Source of the DNA: Candidatus Cryptobacteroides equifaecalis
GTDB lineage: Bacteria > Bacteroidota > Bacteroidia > Bacteroidales > UBA932
Direction: 5' to 3'
Assembly: GCA_018064625.1 (NCBI GenBank)
Contig: JAGHUW010000006.1
Span: 1 to 47,703, forward strand
DNA length: 47,703 bases
Shown here piece by piece: positions 28,101 to 38,030 of this stretch (within the stretch, counting starts at the first letter, position 1; the number at the start of each line of letters is the position of its first letter). The position numbers and the translations under genes are program-made. The notes beneath the pieces were generated by a model, which was not told the origin of the DNA, ran no database searches, and worked only from the letters and a program-made list of their open reading frames with translations.

Positions 28101-28365
28101 AAATGACCCTATGCTCAAGGGCGTTTACAAGACAGCAAGGGAGATTGTGCATCAGAGGGAGGTGGGTCTCGTAGTGAATATCCCTAAGGATTTCTCAGAC
28201 GCAGAACTCAGTAACGGATATATGGTAAGACGTGCTGCAGTGGATTGCAATATTCCTCTGTTCACCAATGCCAGACTTGCCACAAACTTCATCAGGGCTT
28301 TCTGTACTGTAAGACCGGCGGATATCGAGGTGAAGTCCTGGGATGAGTTTAATCATAATATCTAA
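25138..28365 (+). CDS. carB: Carbamoyl-phosphate synthase large subunit
   Basis: IGQAGEFDYSG, HTGES, MKSVGEVM, NPETVSTDYD, RPSYVLSG, GVHSGDA, and a C-terminal MGS domain. Confidence 0.97.
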   Translation: MKKVLVLGSGALKIGQAGEFDYSGTQALKALREEGIETVLINPNVATVQTSEGVADKIYFYPVTPLFVEKVIAKERPEGILLSFGGQTALNCGVDLYRNGVLEKYGVTVLGTPVQAIMDTEDRELFVQKLDEINVKTIKSQPAGSLQEALDAAHALGYPLIVRAAYALGGLGSGFVDNDEQLTELCEKAFAFSNQVLVEKSLKGWKEIEYEVVRDRFDNCLTVCNMENFDPLGIHTGESIVVAPSQTLSNKDFHYLRELSIKIVRHIGIVGECNVQYAYDPDSMDYRVIEVNARLSRSSALASKATGYPLAFVAAKLGLGYGLFDLKNSVTKNTPAFFEPALDYIVCKIPRWDLSKFNGVSHKIGSSMKSVGEVMSIGRTFEEAIQKGLRMIGQGAHGFICNKELKVADIDEALKEPTDNRIFVISKAMLAGYTVDRIHELTKIDKWFLYKLENIVNTYHELNEFDRIEDVPAELLLKAKCQGFSDHQLQRSLMTPDNSSTDHIREWRKSLGIVPYVKQIDTLAAEFPAQTNYLYLTYNATKHDIDYEKDGKSTIVLGSGAYRIGSSVEFDWCSVSCLNTLRAEGYRGVLINYNPETVSTDYDMCDRLYFDELTLERVLDICELETPHGVVVSVGGQIPNNLALKLDSRGINILGTTAQNIDKAEDRHKFSSIVDQIGVSQPAWKELTTLNDVHKFISTVGYPVLVRPSYVLSGAAMNVCPDESKLKQFLSQAAEVSKDHPVVVSKFMRRCKEIDFDAVADHGKILAYAISEHIEYAGVHSGDATLAFPAQKLYTRTVQLIRKDAQKIAKALDICGPFNIQFLSRNNEIKVIECNLRASRSFPFISKVLRTNLIELATKVMLGQHPAQLPGSAFDLDYVGIKASQFSFARLEEADPVLSVDMSSTGEVACISDSFDEAMLLSLMSVGNTIPRKSVLLSMGDALQKADLLTACKKLAGTGYKLYATGGSYKYLVENHIPAVRVLWPSEENDPMLKGVYKTAREIVHQREVGLVVNIPKDFSDAELSNGYMVRRAAVDCNIPLFTNARLATNFIRAFCTVRPADIEVKSWDEFNHNI

Positions 28366-28374
28366 CATCCATTT

Positions 28375-29682
28375 ATGAAAGCGAAAGATTTTCTAAGTGA
28401 ACTTCACTCACTTGTAAGTCTTCACGATGGTTTGGACATACAATCCGCGGAAAACAGCATCCGTAATAACGTGCGTTTCCGCGGAATGAATGTCTGGATT
28501 CTTGCGTGCGCCATTGTGATTGCTAGTGTTGGCCTGAATGTCAACTCTACGGCTGTAATCATCGGAGCCATGCTTATATCCCCTTTGATGGGTCCTATCA
28601 TAGGATTCGGCCTTGCACTGGGTACCAATGACATGCCTCTGCTGAAGTCGTCGCTGTACAATCTTGCCGTGATGGTTGCGATCAGTATCACAGCGTCGAC
28701 CCTGTTCTTTCTGATTTCACCTCTGAATCTCCAGAACCAGAGTGAGCTCCTTGCAAGAACCAATCCTACCATCTATGATGTAATAGTGGCATTCATAGGA
28801 GGCGCGGCAGGTGCCTTGGAAAACTCGAGAAAAGAAAAGGGTACTGTTATCTCTGGAGTTGCGATTGCCACAGCTTTGATGCCGCCTCTCTGTACTGTGG
28901 GCTATGGACTCTCGAATTTCGATTTCACTTATGTATTTGGTGCATTGTATCTCTTTGCCATCAACTGCATCTTTGTAGCTCTGGCTACTTTCGTGGTAGT
29001 CAAATTCCTTCATTATCCGGTATATGCGGAGGCTGACCCTGCAAAATACCGCAGGATGCAGACACTTGCCAGCATAATTCTGGTTTTGATGGTTGTGCCA
29101 AGCGTTTTCTCAGCTGTGAGGATCATTGAGGAGAATAACTTCTCCATCAGGGCAAGCAAATTTGTGAATTGCCACAAGTCCATTGACGGAGTACTCGTAT
29201 ATGATTATTCCATCAATCCTCAGCGTGGTGAACCTACAATCACTCTGAGCCTGGCCGGAAGACCTTTGACTTTCGAGGAGAAGACGGTCCTCGTGTCAGA
29301 GGCACGTCAGTTGTGTCATAATGAGAATACCAAAGTCCTTTTCAATGAGTCTTCTCTCAGCAATGGCGTGGAAATGGACTCCGAGTTTGAAAAGCAGGTA
29401 TATCATGACCTGAACAATCAGCTCAAGACCCTTCAGGATTCCATCAGATTCTTCCATTCGAAGGAACTTCCATTCCAGCAGCTGGATAAGGAAATGCTAG
29501 CCCTCTTCCCTCAAGTTGAGAGTATCAGGCTAGCAAAGGGTGAAAATAACGTCATTGCCATAGTTCAGTACAAGAGTACTGAGGTTGAAAGCATCTCGGA
29601 TCAGTTGAAGAACTGGATCAAGGTGAGGCTTTCAGTAGAGGCGATTGACGTTTTTGATATTTATCCTCAGCCTCAGGAATAG
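28375..29682 (+). CDS. DUF389 / TIGR00341-family membrane protein
   Basis: GLNVNSTAVIIGAMLISPLMGPI, ELLART, GVAIATALMPPL. Confidence 0.88.
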   Translation: MKAKDFLSELHSLVSLHDGLDIQSAENSIRNNVRFRGMNVWILACAIVIASVGLNVNSTAVIIGAMLISPLMGPIIGFGLALGTNDMPLLKSSLYNLAVMVAISITASTLFFLISPLNLQNQSELLARTNPTIYDVIVAFIGGAAGALENSRKEKGTVISGVAIATALMPPLCTVGYGLSNFDFTYVFGALYLFAINCIFVALATFVVVKFLHYPVYAEADPAKYRRMQTLASIILVLMVVPSVFSAVRIIEENNFSIRASKFVNCHKSIDGVLVYDYSINPQRGEPTITLSLAGRPLTFEEKTVLVSEARQLCHNENTKVLFNESSLSNGVEMDSEFEKQVYHDLNNQLKTLQDSIRFFHSKELPFQQLDKEMLALFPQVESIRLAKGENNVIAIVQYKSTEVESISDQLKNWIKVRLSVEAIDVFDIYPQPQE

Positions 29683-29683
29683 G

Positions 29684-30313
29684 CTATTTGGTTCCGAAGA
29701 TTCTATCGCCTGCATCACCGAGACCCGGTACGATGTAGGCGTTTTCATTAAGTCTCTCGTCGAGAGCCGCAACGAAGATGTCTACGTCAGGATGTGTCTC
29801 CTGCACCTTCTTGACTCCTTCAGGGGCTGCGACGAGGCACATGAGACGAATCTGCTTGCATCCGCGCTTCTTGAGCATGTTGATGGCATCAGATGCACTG
29901 CCACCGGTTGCGAGCATAGGGTCCGTAACAATGACCGTTCTACTCTCGATGTCCTGAGGAAGCTTGCAGAAGTACTCTACAGGCTGATGGGTTTCCTCGT
30001 CACGGTAGAGGCCGATGTGACCAACTTTGGCTACCGGCAGAAGAGAAAGCAATCCGTCCACCATTCCTGTACCTGCCCTGAGGATAGGTACGATGGCGAG
30101 CTTCTTTCCGCTGATCTGCTTTGCGGTCATTTTGCAGATAGGTGTCTCGATCTCATAATCTTCAAGCGGAAGGTCGCGGGTTACCTCATAACCCATGAGC
30201 ATTGAAATCTCTGTCAAAAGGGTTCTGAAGTCTTTTGATCCTGTGTTCTTGTCACGCATGATGCTCAGCTTATGCTGGATCATAGGGTGGTTAATGATGT
30301 GTAACTGACTCAT
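29684..30313 (-). CDS. upp: Uracil phosphoribosyltransferase
   Basis: [40 protein letters not shown]. Confidence 0.97.
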   Translation of the reverse strand: MSQLHIINHPMIQHKLSIMRDKNTGSKDFRTLLTEISMLMGYEVTRDLPLEDYEIETPICKMTAKQISGKKLAIVPILRAGTGMVDGLLSLLPVAKVGHIGLYRDEETHQPVEYFCKLPQDIESRTVIVTDPMLATGGSASDAINMLKKRGCKQIRLMCLVAAPEGVKKVQETHPDVDIFVAALDERLNENAYIVPGLGDAGDRIFGTK

Positions 30314-30323
30314 ATATGATAAT

Positions 30324-31973
30324 TTATATTATAAAGCTCTTTATGAGTGATGTGGAAGGAATGTCCTTGTCTGAAACTGGTGTGAAATAACTGAGGAAAT
30401 TCAGAAGACGCAAAGCCTCGCTGTATTCCTTTGAGTTTCTTGGAACAGTTCTCAGTATCATCTCGGCATGCGGTCTTAGTACGGCGAATTCCACCAGATA
30501 AGCCGAGTTGAAAAGAACATCAGCCTTTTCCTGATATGGATATATCCATTTGCCTTCTGATCGGCGCACATTCGGCCAGTTGCTTATGGTCTGCTGAGCC
30601 GTGAAAGCTCCCTTGTTGTGGTCACGCACTATTCGCCTGAGCAATCTGTTGTCACTGGTAGGTATGGAGTTGTGGTCATCCAGGGAATATGAAGTCATGG
30701 TATTGATGAAGATCCTGTACTTGCAGTTATCGTTGATCTTGTCTGTAAGCATAGGATTCAGAGCGTGTATTCCTTCTATCAGAAGTATATTTCCTTTCTT
30801 AAGCTGTATCTTCTTGCCGTTGTATTCCCTGAGCCCTGTGACGAAGTTGTATTCCGGAATGTCCACTTCATCCCCTGCAAGCAGCCTGAGTACGTCTCTC
30901 TGGAGCATGTCATGGTCTACAGTATCGAAGTTGTCGAAATCGAAACTGCCATCGGGAAGCCTCGGGGTGTCCATTCTGTTTACGAAATAATCGTCTGTGG
31001 AGAATGAAAGCGGTTTTATTCCACATGCCTTCAACTGTACGCTCAGGCGCTGGCAGAATGTGGATTTGCCGCTGCTTGTAGGCCCGGTTATCAGAACAAG
31101 TTTCACCTTACCCTTCTGGTGCCTATTTGCAATATCCTCCGCAATTTTCACTATTTTCCTCTCCTGCAGGGCTTCTGCTACCTGAATAAGATCCCTGGCT
31201 CCACCATTGAGGCATTTCTCATTGACATCACCAACGTTGTCCAAACCCATGATGCTGTTCCATCGCATGTTCTCAATGAGAACATCGAAGGTCTTGGACT
31301 GCTCCTCGAATGGAGCGAGAACATCCGGCTTCTGCCTGTTCGGAACCCTCAGGAGCAGACCGTCATGATACATGCAGAGATCCCATACCTTGAGGTAGGA
31401 TGATGAAGGGACCAGGGCATCGTAATAATAATCCGGAGTGCCGTCAAGGGTGTAATAGGTAGTGTAAACGTCACCGGCGGTTTTGAGAAGTTTCACCTTA
31501 TCCTCATATCCGTGTTGGCTGAAAAGCTCAATGACATCCTCTGTCCGGGCATCATGCCTCTTGAAGATGTGGTCGGCTTCCACAAGCTCCTGCATCCTGG
31601 CTGTAATCTTCCTGACATCTTCCTCACACACGCGACTGCCGTCCTTCTTTTCAAGGATGCAGTAGTAGCCTTTGCATATCGGCCTTCTCATCAGAATCCT
31701 TGCAGATGGGAACAGATCCTTTACCGCCTTGCTCAGCAGAAAGCACAGAGATCTGCAATAGACACTTCTGCCGCTGTAGCTTGTATAATCAAGAAATTCC
31801 ACGTCTCTGTTGTTGTAGACGCGGAATCTCAATCCCTGAAGGACATTGTTAACTTTTGCGGCGATGACAGTGTGAGGCTGCTCAAAATCGAACAGAGGCA
31901 GCAAGTCCTGGAGGGATGTCCCTTCTGGAACTTCCCGGCTGCTGCCTGTATTCTTGCAGTAGATTGTCAACAT
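30324..31973 (-). CDS. Nucleoside (uridine) kinase-like P-loop protein with N-terminal ThrRS-like/TGS region
   Basis: N-terminal IAAKVNN...[17 protein letters not shown] resembles the ThrRS N-domains; [30 protein letters not shown] match the uridine kinase/PRK family. Confidence 0.82.
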   Translation of the reverse strand: MLTIYCKNTGSSREVPEGTSLQDLLPLFDFEQPHTVIAAKVNNVLQGLRFRVYNNRDVEFLDYTSYSGRSVYCRSLCFLLSKAVKDLFPSARILMRRPICKGYYCILEKKDGSRVCEEDVRKITARMQELVEADHIFKRHDARTEDVIELFSQHGYEDKVKLLKTAGDVYTTYYTLDGTPDYYYDALVPSSSYLKVWDLCMYHDGLLLRVPNRQKPDVLAPFEEQSKTFDVLIENMRWNSIMGLDNVGDVNEKCLNGGARDLIQVAEALQERKIVKIAEDIANRHQKGKVKLVLITGPTSSGKSTFCQRLSVQLKACGIKPLSFSTDDYFVNRMDTPRLPDGSFDFDNFDTVDHDMLQRDVLRLLAGDEVDIPEYNFVTGLREYNGKKIQLKKGNILLIEGIHALNPMLTDKINDNCKYRIFINTMTSYSLDDHNSIPTSDNRLLRRIVRDHNKGAFTAQQTISNWPNVRRSEGKWIYPYQEKADVLFNSAYLVEFAVLRPHAEMILRTVPRNSKEYSEALRLLNFLSYFTPVSDKDIPSTSLIKSFII

Positions 31974-31982
31974 GGCATTATG

Positions 31983-33827
31983 CTAGTCGTAGAATTTGGA
32001 ATCCCTTGGGGAAACTTTGTTCATGTTGTCAAGCAGATCCTGGTTGGTCTTGAACTCGTCCATCAGCTGGAGCATGAAGTTCATGGCTTCTGTAGGATTC
32101 ATATCGGCGAGGAGCTTGCGGAGTATCCATATCCTCTGGCTCTGATCCTTGCGATAGAGGAGATCGTCACGTCTGGTTCCGGAGAGAACAACGTTTACAG
32201 CAGGGAATATCCTTCTGTTGGAAAGGGTTCTGTCCAGCTGGAGTTCCATGTTGCCTGTGCCCTTGAATTCCTCAAAGATCACGTCATCCATCTTGGATCC
32301 GGTCTCTGTAAGGGCGGTTGCAAGGATTGTGAGGGAACCTCCTCCCTCTATGTTTCTGGCTGCTCCGAAGAAGCGCTTTGGCTTCTGAAGGGCGTTTGCA
32401 TCCACACCTCCGGTGAGGACTTTTCCGGATGCCGGCTGGACGGTGTTGTAGGCACGTGCGAGACGGGTGATGGAGTCGAGCAGAATGACCACATCGTGTC
32501 CGCATTCAACGAGTCTGCGTGCCTTTTCCAGTACCATGTTGGCAACCTTCACGTGGCGCTCTGCCGGTTCGTCGAAGGTGGAAGCCACAACCTCGGCCTT
32601 TACGCTGCGCTGCATGTCGGTAACTTCCTCAGGACGCTCGTCGATGAGCAGGACTATTTCATAAACCTCCGGGTGATTGTCTGCAATTGCATTTGCTATG
32701 CTCTTGAGAAGCATGGTCTTACCTGTCTTAGGCTGAGCTACGATCAAACCGCGCTGACCTTTTCCAATAGGTGCGAACATGTCCACTATGCGGCAGGAGA
32801 TGTCCGACTCGTGTCCGTGACCGAGCAGGTTGAACTTCTCGTCCGGGAAGAGGGGAGTGAGGAAGTCGAAAGGAACCCTGTCCCTGATGAACTCAGGTGT
32901 GCGTCCGTTCACATACTTGACCTTCACGAGAGGGAAGTACTTGTCTCCTTCCCTTGGTGGCCTGATCTCACCCACGATTGTGTCTCCAGACTTGAGGGCA
33001 TTCGCCTTCACCTGCTGCTGTGATACATAGATATCATCAGGTGAATTGAGATAGTTATAATCTGAAGAGCGGAGGAATCCATATCCATCAGGCATTATCT
33101 CCAGCACACCTGTCGCTTCCACTGTGCCTTCGTATTCCGGGAAGCGTGGGCGCTGCGGCCTGTTCTGGTTTTCCCTTTTCTGATTATGGTATTGATTCTG
33201 GTTCTGATTCTGATTTTGCTGTGCAGGTTCGTCAGATGCATGATTCGTATTCTGCCTGCTCTGTGGCTGTGCCTGTTTTTCTACTGCAGGAGTCTCAACT
33301 GCAGCAGCTTCGACGACTTCTGCAACCGGTTCTGCCACCACCTTTGCTGCGGATGCGTCCTTCTGCTGGTTCTTGGCTGGGCGTCCTCTGCGAGGCTTCT
33401 CCTGAGGCTGTGGCTGATCCTGAACGGGAGCCGGGCTGGCTGCCTGCTCTCCCTTAGGCTTCTGGGCCGATGCCTTCGGCTTTCTGGCCTCCTTGTTTTT
33501 CTTCTCGGTATCAGCGGCCGGCTTGCCTGCCTCGGCCTGCTTTTCAGCCACTACAGGCTTTGCTTCCTTTTTCACCTTGGCGGCTACTTTGTCGGCCTCA
33601 GCCTTCTCTATAGGCTTGTCTGCATTGTTCTTTGGTTTGCGGCCTCTGCGGCTCTTCTCCGGCTTTTCAGGAGAAGGCTTCAGTGACTCGATGCTTGCTT
33701 CGGCATCGAGTATGGCATAGGCAAGGTTTTCATCGTCAAGTTTACGGGTCTTGATTTTGAGCTCGTTAGCAATAGCATCGAGTTGCTCCCGATTCATCAG
33801 ACTGAGCTCGTGTAGAGTATGAGTCAT
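31983..33827 (-). CDS. rho: Transcription termination factor Rho with long N-terminal insertion
   Basis: [60 protein letters not shown]. Confidence 0.97.
   Translation of the reverse strand: MTHTLHELSLMNREQLDAIANELKIKTRKLDDENLAYAILDAEASIESLKPSPEKPEKSRRGRKPKNNADKPIEKAEADKVAAKVKKEAKPVVAEKQAEAGKPAADTEKKNKEARKPKASAQKPKGEQAASPAPVQDQPQPQEKPRRGRPAKNQQKDASAAKVVAEPVAEVVEAAAVETPAVEKQAQPQSRQNTNHASDEPAQQNQNQNQNQYHNQKRENQNRPQRPRFPEYEGTVEATGVLEIMPDGYGFLRSSDYNYLNSPDDIYVSQQQVKANALKSGDTIVGEIRPPREGDKYFPLVKVKYVNGRTPEFIRDRVPFDFLTPLFPDEKFNLLGHGHESDISCRIVDMFAPIGKGQRGLIVAQPKTGKTMLLKSIANAIADNHPEVYEIVLLIDERPEEVTDMQRSVKAEVVASTFDEPAERHVKVANMVLEKARRLVECGHDVVILLDSITRLARAYNTVQPASGKVLTGGVDANALQKPKRFFGAARNIEGGGSLTILATALTETGSKMDDVIFEEFKGTGNMELQLDRTLSNRRIFPAVNVVLSGTRRDDLLYRKDQSQRIWILRKLLADMNPTEAMNFMLQLMDEFKTNQDLLDNMNKVSPRDSKFYD
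33182..33222 (-). repeat. Imperfect hexanucleotide (Gln-Asn)n coding repeat in rho
   Basis: Plus strand reads tgattctggttctgattctgattttg; it encodes [13 protein letters not shown]. Confidence 0.8.
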
Positions 33828-33883
33828 ATTTATTGAGATTAATTCCGCCCTGTCGATTGACTGCCGGGCTTGATTTGACTTAA

Positions 33884-33891
33884 CAAATATA
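33884..33891 (-). promoter_or_regulatory. rho -7 promoter element
   Basis: TATATTTG on the minus strand, 56 nt upstream of the rho ATG. Confidence 0.55.
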
Positions 33892-33901
33892 GGAATAATT
33901 T

Positions 33902-36661
33902 TTAATTATCCCAATAGCTGTTGCTTTTCCTGTACCTGAGAAGGTCTGCCAGTGCAGCTGCATTGGCGGCGATGCGGAAACTGTAGGATTTGTACATTCC
34001 GGTAGGGACCCACTGAACATCGATCTTGAAGCAGTGAAGGTCGTAGGTGGCGCTGACCTGGCTTGTGGTAATCTTTCCGGCAACGAAGTCGAATCCGGTG
34101 CTGGCATTGATTGACAGGCGAGGGGTCAGTTTGATGTTGCCGCTGGCCTGCAGGGTTGCCGTGACATTATCCTTTGTTGTCAGCAGCTGGCTTACGCTGT
34201 CTTTGGTGTATTGTCTGTTCAGCTGGAGAGAGGTGCTGAAATTCAGTGACCAAGGAACGTTAGGGTTGGTATAATATACCCATCCTCCAGGGATATACTC
34301 TCCCGTTACAGGGTGGTAGTAAATTCTGTTATAGTAACTTGCCGCTCCGCCTGAGGATGCGTTTCCTCCTCCTTCTCCGTTACCGGCGTCTTTGCTTCCG
34401 TCGTTACCGTTGATTGTACCCTTTCCGGAGATTGAATAGGAAGCCGACAGGGAAGCGTTCGTAAATCTGAGCAATCCCTGTCCCTGGGTTACGGCCCAGC
34501 GGTTGATCTGGCGTCCGTTGTCACCTATGGCATAAGGGTCGAAGGCTGCACTGGCGCTGATGTTTACCTTGTTGAACAGGTTTGTGGACATGTTCATGGA
34601 CACGGTTCCCATCTTGAGTGAATCCTTCAGGAAGTTATAGTTTGATGCAAGGTTCAGCTGGTCGATGAGCTTGACCTTCTTGAAACCTGTTCCAGTGGTA
34701 TCCTTGTAATCCCTCACCTTTGCCTCCAGGTTGTTGCCTATGGAGAATGACGCGGTTGCCGATTTGCCCTTTCCTGGCAGTGAACCAAGCTGCTTTTCAT
34801 ATATGTTGTACTCATAGGTCTGTTCCTTGCCATGGGCATCGACGTATGTCAAGGTTCTGTAACCGTTGAATGCAGTGCCTTTCTCCGGGCTGAAGGACAT
34901 GGAAATGCTTGGTGATACCACATGTCTGATGGCTTGAACGCGGCTTCTCCTGCCAAACTGGAACATACCGTAAAGACGTGTGCTCATGCTTATGGACCCG
35001 GAATATGTATGGGTGATTCCCAAGGTGCTGAGCTGGTGGCTCATGTGACTTTCCAACTTCTGTGTCTCCGGATTGTATTCGTATTCTGTTGTTCTGAAGA
35101 ACCAGTTCTGACCGTAACTGATGGAAGGTGAGAAGTTCAGGTACTTGAACAGCTGGAAGCTTGGCAGACCTATGTTGAAATTGTGGGTCATGCCGTTCTG
35201 GAACTTATCCAGGAAGTCCGGATTCTTGATGTCGAATTCCTTTGCTTTGAATGAGATCTGGTTCCTGAGCGAGGTGCTGTATCCGAATGATATCTTCTCA
35301 TAAGCCTTTTCCTTACCCACTCTGACCTTCCTCTTGAACGGGTAGATGGTGGTCATCTGGAAGGATATGTTTGGCAGGGTGAAGGTATAGGATGAATCCC
35401 TGGAGTTCTGGCTGTGCAGGGCATTGACGCTCATGTTGAACTTTCCGTTCCAGTTCTTTGAATATGAGATCGAAGAGCTTGCCTGATTCTGAAGGGCCTC
35501 GTTCACCGAATGCGAGTTGTATCGGCTGTTGGAAGGACTGGAGAAGTTCACGGATGCGGAGAAGGTTGTTCCAGGGTGAGCCTTCGAGTCCTGAGAGTGT
35601 GACCATCTCACTCCGAAGTTGGTCGAGGAGAAGAAATCTGCGCTTCCTTTCTCACCCGTCTGGTCGTAGGAGTAGTTGATGGACATGTTTCCGTTGCACT
35701 TGTAGTTGACCTTGTAGCGGGAATTCAGGTCAACCGCCCATGATCCAAGTGTATAATAATCTCCTGTGACCGAAATGTCGAAGAAATCTCCTATGACGAA
35801 ATACATTCCAAGGTCCCTGAGGTAGAATCCTCGTGCTTCCTCCTCTCCGAAGGTCGGCATGAGAAGGCCGGTCGCCCTTTCCGGTTTCTTTGGCACGAAG
35901 CCGAAGGGGAGTCCGATGAAAGGGATGTTCACGTCTTCCACTACAAGGTTGGCAGGGCCGAAGATGATCTTCTTGTCCGGCATGACCTTGGCCATGCTCA
36001 ACTTGAGGTAATAGTGGGGATGTTCTGCGTCACAGACCGTGTACTGGCCCTTCTGCATGTTGATGGACTGGTCTTCCATCATCTTTATGTTCTTTCCCCT
36101 GATGGTTCCCTGCTCGTCCTCTGTGTCCATGTTCTTGATGCGCGCCCTGTGTGTGTTGAAATTGTAGCGCACCTCATCCATGTTGTAGGTGGCATTGCCC
36201 TGTTTCATCACAGGTTTGCCCTTCCATTCACCGGTAAGACTGTCGTACTGTCCCTTGGCATAGACCTCACCCAGATTCATGTCGTATTCCATGTAGTATG
36301 CGGTAAGCTCCATGTCCTGGTACTTCACGTTCACATCTCCATAATAATAGACAAGCCTCTTTCCGTCAGAGAATACTTCCACTATCGAATCCTTGGCAGT
36401 GGAGAACGCCGGCTTCTCGAGGGAACTCTTTCCAAGCAGTGCGATGGAGTCTATCTTGTGCAGGGAATCGGCCCTGTGCAGGGAATCCCTGCGGGCCAGG
36501 GCTGCCGAATCCATCACCGGGACCTTCTTCTCCTTGAGGGTAAGGGTTCCGTATCTGGTGGTGGCTGCCCTGTTACGCCTCTGAGCATCAGCCGTAAACG
36601 AGACCGATCCCAGTAGAACGAAGAGCACTGAAAGTGCAAGTATGTACAGCCATCTTTTCAA
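33902..36661 (-). CDS. lptD: Putative LPS assembly outer-membrane protein LptD
   Basis: Signal peptide; AKDSI...YGDVNVKY OstA-like region; YTVCD..HPHYY; HSQDSKAHP; C-terminal YDLHCF; TTG start. Confidence 0.85.
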   Translation of the reverse strand: MKRWLYILALSVLFVLLGSVSFTADAQRRNRAATTRYGTLTLKEKKVPVMDSAALARRDSLHRADSLHKIDSIALLGKSSLEKPAFSTAKDSIVEVFSDGKRLVYYYGDVNVKYQDMELTAYYMEYDMNLGEVYAKGQYDSLTGEWKGKPVMKQGNATYNMDEVRYNFNTHRARIKNMDTEDEQGTIRGKNIKMMEDQSINMQKGQYTVCDAEHPHYYLKLSMAKVMPDKKIIFGPANLVVEDVNIPFIGLPFGFVPKKPERATGLLMPTFGEEEARGFYLRDLGMYFVIGDFFDISVTGDYYTLGSWAVDLNSRYKVNYKCNGNMSINYSYDQTGEKGSADFFSSTNFGVRWSHSQDSKAHPGTTFSASVNFSSPSNSRYNSHSVNEALQNQASSSISYSKNWNGKFNMSVNALHSQNSRDSSYTFTLPNISFQMTTIYPFKRKVRVGKEKAYEKISFGYSTSLRNQISFKAKEFDIKNPDFLDKFQNGMTHNFNIGLPSFQLFKYLNFSPSISYGQNWFFRTTEYEYNPETQKLESHMSHQLSTLGITHTYSGSISMSTRLYGMFQFGRRSRVQAIRHVVSPSISMSFSPEKGTAFNGYRTLTYVDAHGKEQTYEYNIYEKQLGSLPGKGKSATASFSIGNNLEAKVRDYKDTTGTGFKKVKLIDQLNLASNYNFLKDSLKMGTVSMNMSTNLFNKVNISASAAFDPYAIGDNGRQINRWAVTQGQGLLRFTNASLSASYSISGKGTINGNDGSKDAGNGEGGGNASSGGAASYYNRIYYHPVTGEYIPGGWVYYTNPNVPWSLNFSTSLQLNRQYTKDSVSQLLTTKDNVTATLQASGNIKLTPRLSINASTGFDFVAGKITTSQVSATYDLHCFKIDVQWVPTGMYKSYSFRIAANAAALADLLRYRKSNSYWDN

Positions 36662-36677
36662 ATTGACGGATTTTTAT

Positions 36678-36700
36678 TAAATTTGTAACCAACAAAAGTA
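36678..36700. promoter_or_regulatory. Face-to-face overlapping promoters for amidase (+) and lptD (-)
   Basis: TAAATTTG on the plus strand at 36678-36685; TACTTTTG on the minus strand at 36693-36700. Confidence 0.6.
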
Positions 36701-36710
36701 CTCATTTTTC

Positions 36711-37841
36711 TTGAAAAGAACAATTTGCATACTCATCGGACTTGCTTTATCGCTCAATTGTCTTGCGGACAGGGGGCTTGGCCTGAACAGCGTTGTCATA
36801 GACGCTGGACACGGCGGCAAGGATGCCGGTGCGGTAAGCAAGGACAGGAAGTACTACGAAAAGACTTTCACCCTTGACATTTCCAAAAAGCTTGCCGAAA
36901 AGATAAGTTCAAGCTATCCTGAAGTGAAAGTCATACTTACCAGGGATAAAGACGAGTTCGTTTCCCTTCAGGACAGGGCTTCGCTTGCTAACCAGGCAGA
37001 TGCCCAGCTTTTCATATCGGTGCATATCAACTCAACTGGCAAGACAAGTCCCAACGGTTTCTCCGTACATGTGCTCGGCCAGTCGTCTCAGAAGGACAGG
37101 GACCTTTTTGCTTATAATATGGATGTGTGCAAGAGGGAAAACTCCGTGATAATGCTGGAAGACGACTACACCGCCAAATACGAAGGCTTCGATCCAAGCG
37201 ACACGGAATCCTACATCTTCATGACCCTGATGCAAAACGCCAATCTGGAACAGAGCCTGAAATTCGCGCAGCAGATTCAGAAAAATCTCAAAGGCGGGCC
37301 GATAGTGGCCGACAGAGGCCTGTGGCAGGACCCTTTCTACCTGCTCTGGAAGACCTCGATGCCGGCCGTGCTCGTTGAACTGGGTTTCATCTCGAATGAC
37401 TCGGACCTTGCAGTGTTGAAGGATCCCGCAGGGAGGAACCGCATTGTTGAAAGACTCTTCAAGGCATTCTGTGAATACAAGCGTTCATACGATGCCAGCG
37501 TTGGTGCTGTGCCGGCAACTGAGCCGGAGCTGGTACAGCTTTCCCATCCGGAACAGGAGCGGCAATCAGAGGTGGGTGTTACGCCTGCCCAGGCAAAAGA
37601 CCCTGACGGACTGCGCTACGGAATACAGGTCGCTGCCACCAGAAAGAAGATATCCTCTGGCGACCCTTTGCTTATGGGGCAGAAGGCGGAAGTCATAGAT
37701 TGCGGCACGGTCCTCAAGTATATTATATACGTGTCTGAAGATCTCTCAGAAGTAAAGGGAAAACTTGCTCGCGTGAGAAAAAAAACTCCCGATGCTTTTA
37801 TCGTCAGAATAGAGGGAAATAAGGTCTCAATCCAGCGTTAG
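36711..37841 (+). CDS. N-acetylmuramoyl-L-alanine amidase (Amidase_3) with SPOR-like C-terminus
   Basis: VVIDAGHGGKDAGA, FISVHIN, MPAVLVELGFISN; C-terminal YGIQVAA...PDAFIV; TTG start and signal peptide. Confidence 0.92.
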   Translation: MKRTICILIGLALSLNCLADRGLGLNSVVIDAGHGGKDAGAVSKDRKYYEKTFTLDISKKLAEKISSSYPEVKVILTRDKDEFVSLQDRASLANQADAQLFISVHINSTGKTSPNGFSVHVLGQSSQKDRDLFAYNMDVCKRENSVIMLEDDYTAKYEGFDPSDTESYIFMTLMQNANLEQSLKFAQQIQKNLKGGPIVADRGLWQDPFYLLWKTSMPAVLVELGFISNDSDLAVLKDPAGRNRIVERLFKAFCEYKRSYDASVGAVPATEPELVQLSHPEQERQSEVGVTPAQAKDPDGLRYGIQVAATRKKISSGDPLLMGQKAEVIDCGTVLKYIIYVSEDLSEVKGKLARVRKKTPDAFIVRIEGNKVSIQR

Positions 37842-37996
37842 CAAGTATTTGAAAATTAGCATGTTGCCTTGTTTTGCGCTTTGGCTAAAGGCTTGATTTT
37901 CAATTGATTGAGCGTTTTGTATTTTTGCTGTAGCTTCTTAAAGCTACTATGAAAAATATTAAAATCAAATACTGATTTCATTTTTTTTCCAAGAAT

Positions 37997-38005
37997 TTAT
38001 TCACC
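37997..38005 (+). promoter_or_regulatory. DnaA-box-like site upstream of dnaA
   Basis: TTATTCACC has 1 mismatch to TTATNCACA and abuts a degenerate -7 element (CACTTTTG). Confidence 0.4.
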
Positions 38006-38030
38006 ACTTTTGCACTCGTAATCATTCCCT

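Noticed and set aside
31512-33023. 503-aa plus-strand ORF
   Set aside because: It lies antisense to rho and the kinase, starts at TTG and has no motifs. It is a shadow ORF explained by codon bias on the coding strand.
37778-37988. A8 run in the amidase and T8 run before dnaA as phase-variation tracts
   Set aside because: Both runs are short, the reading frame is intact, and such runs are expected in AT-rich DNA.
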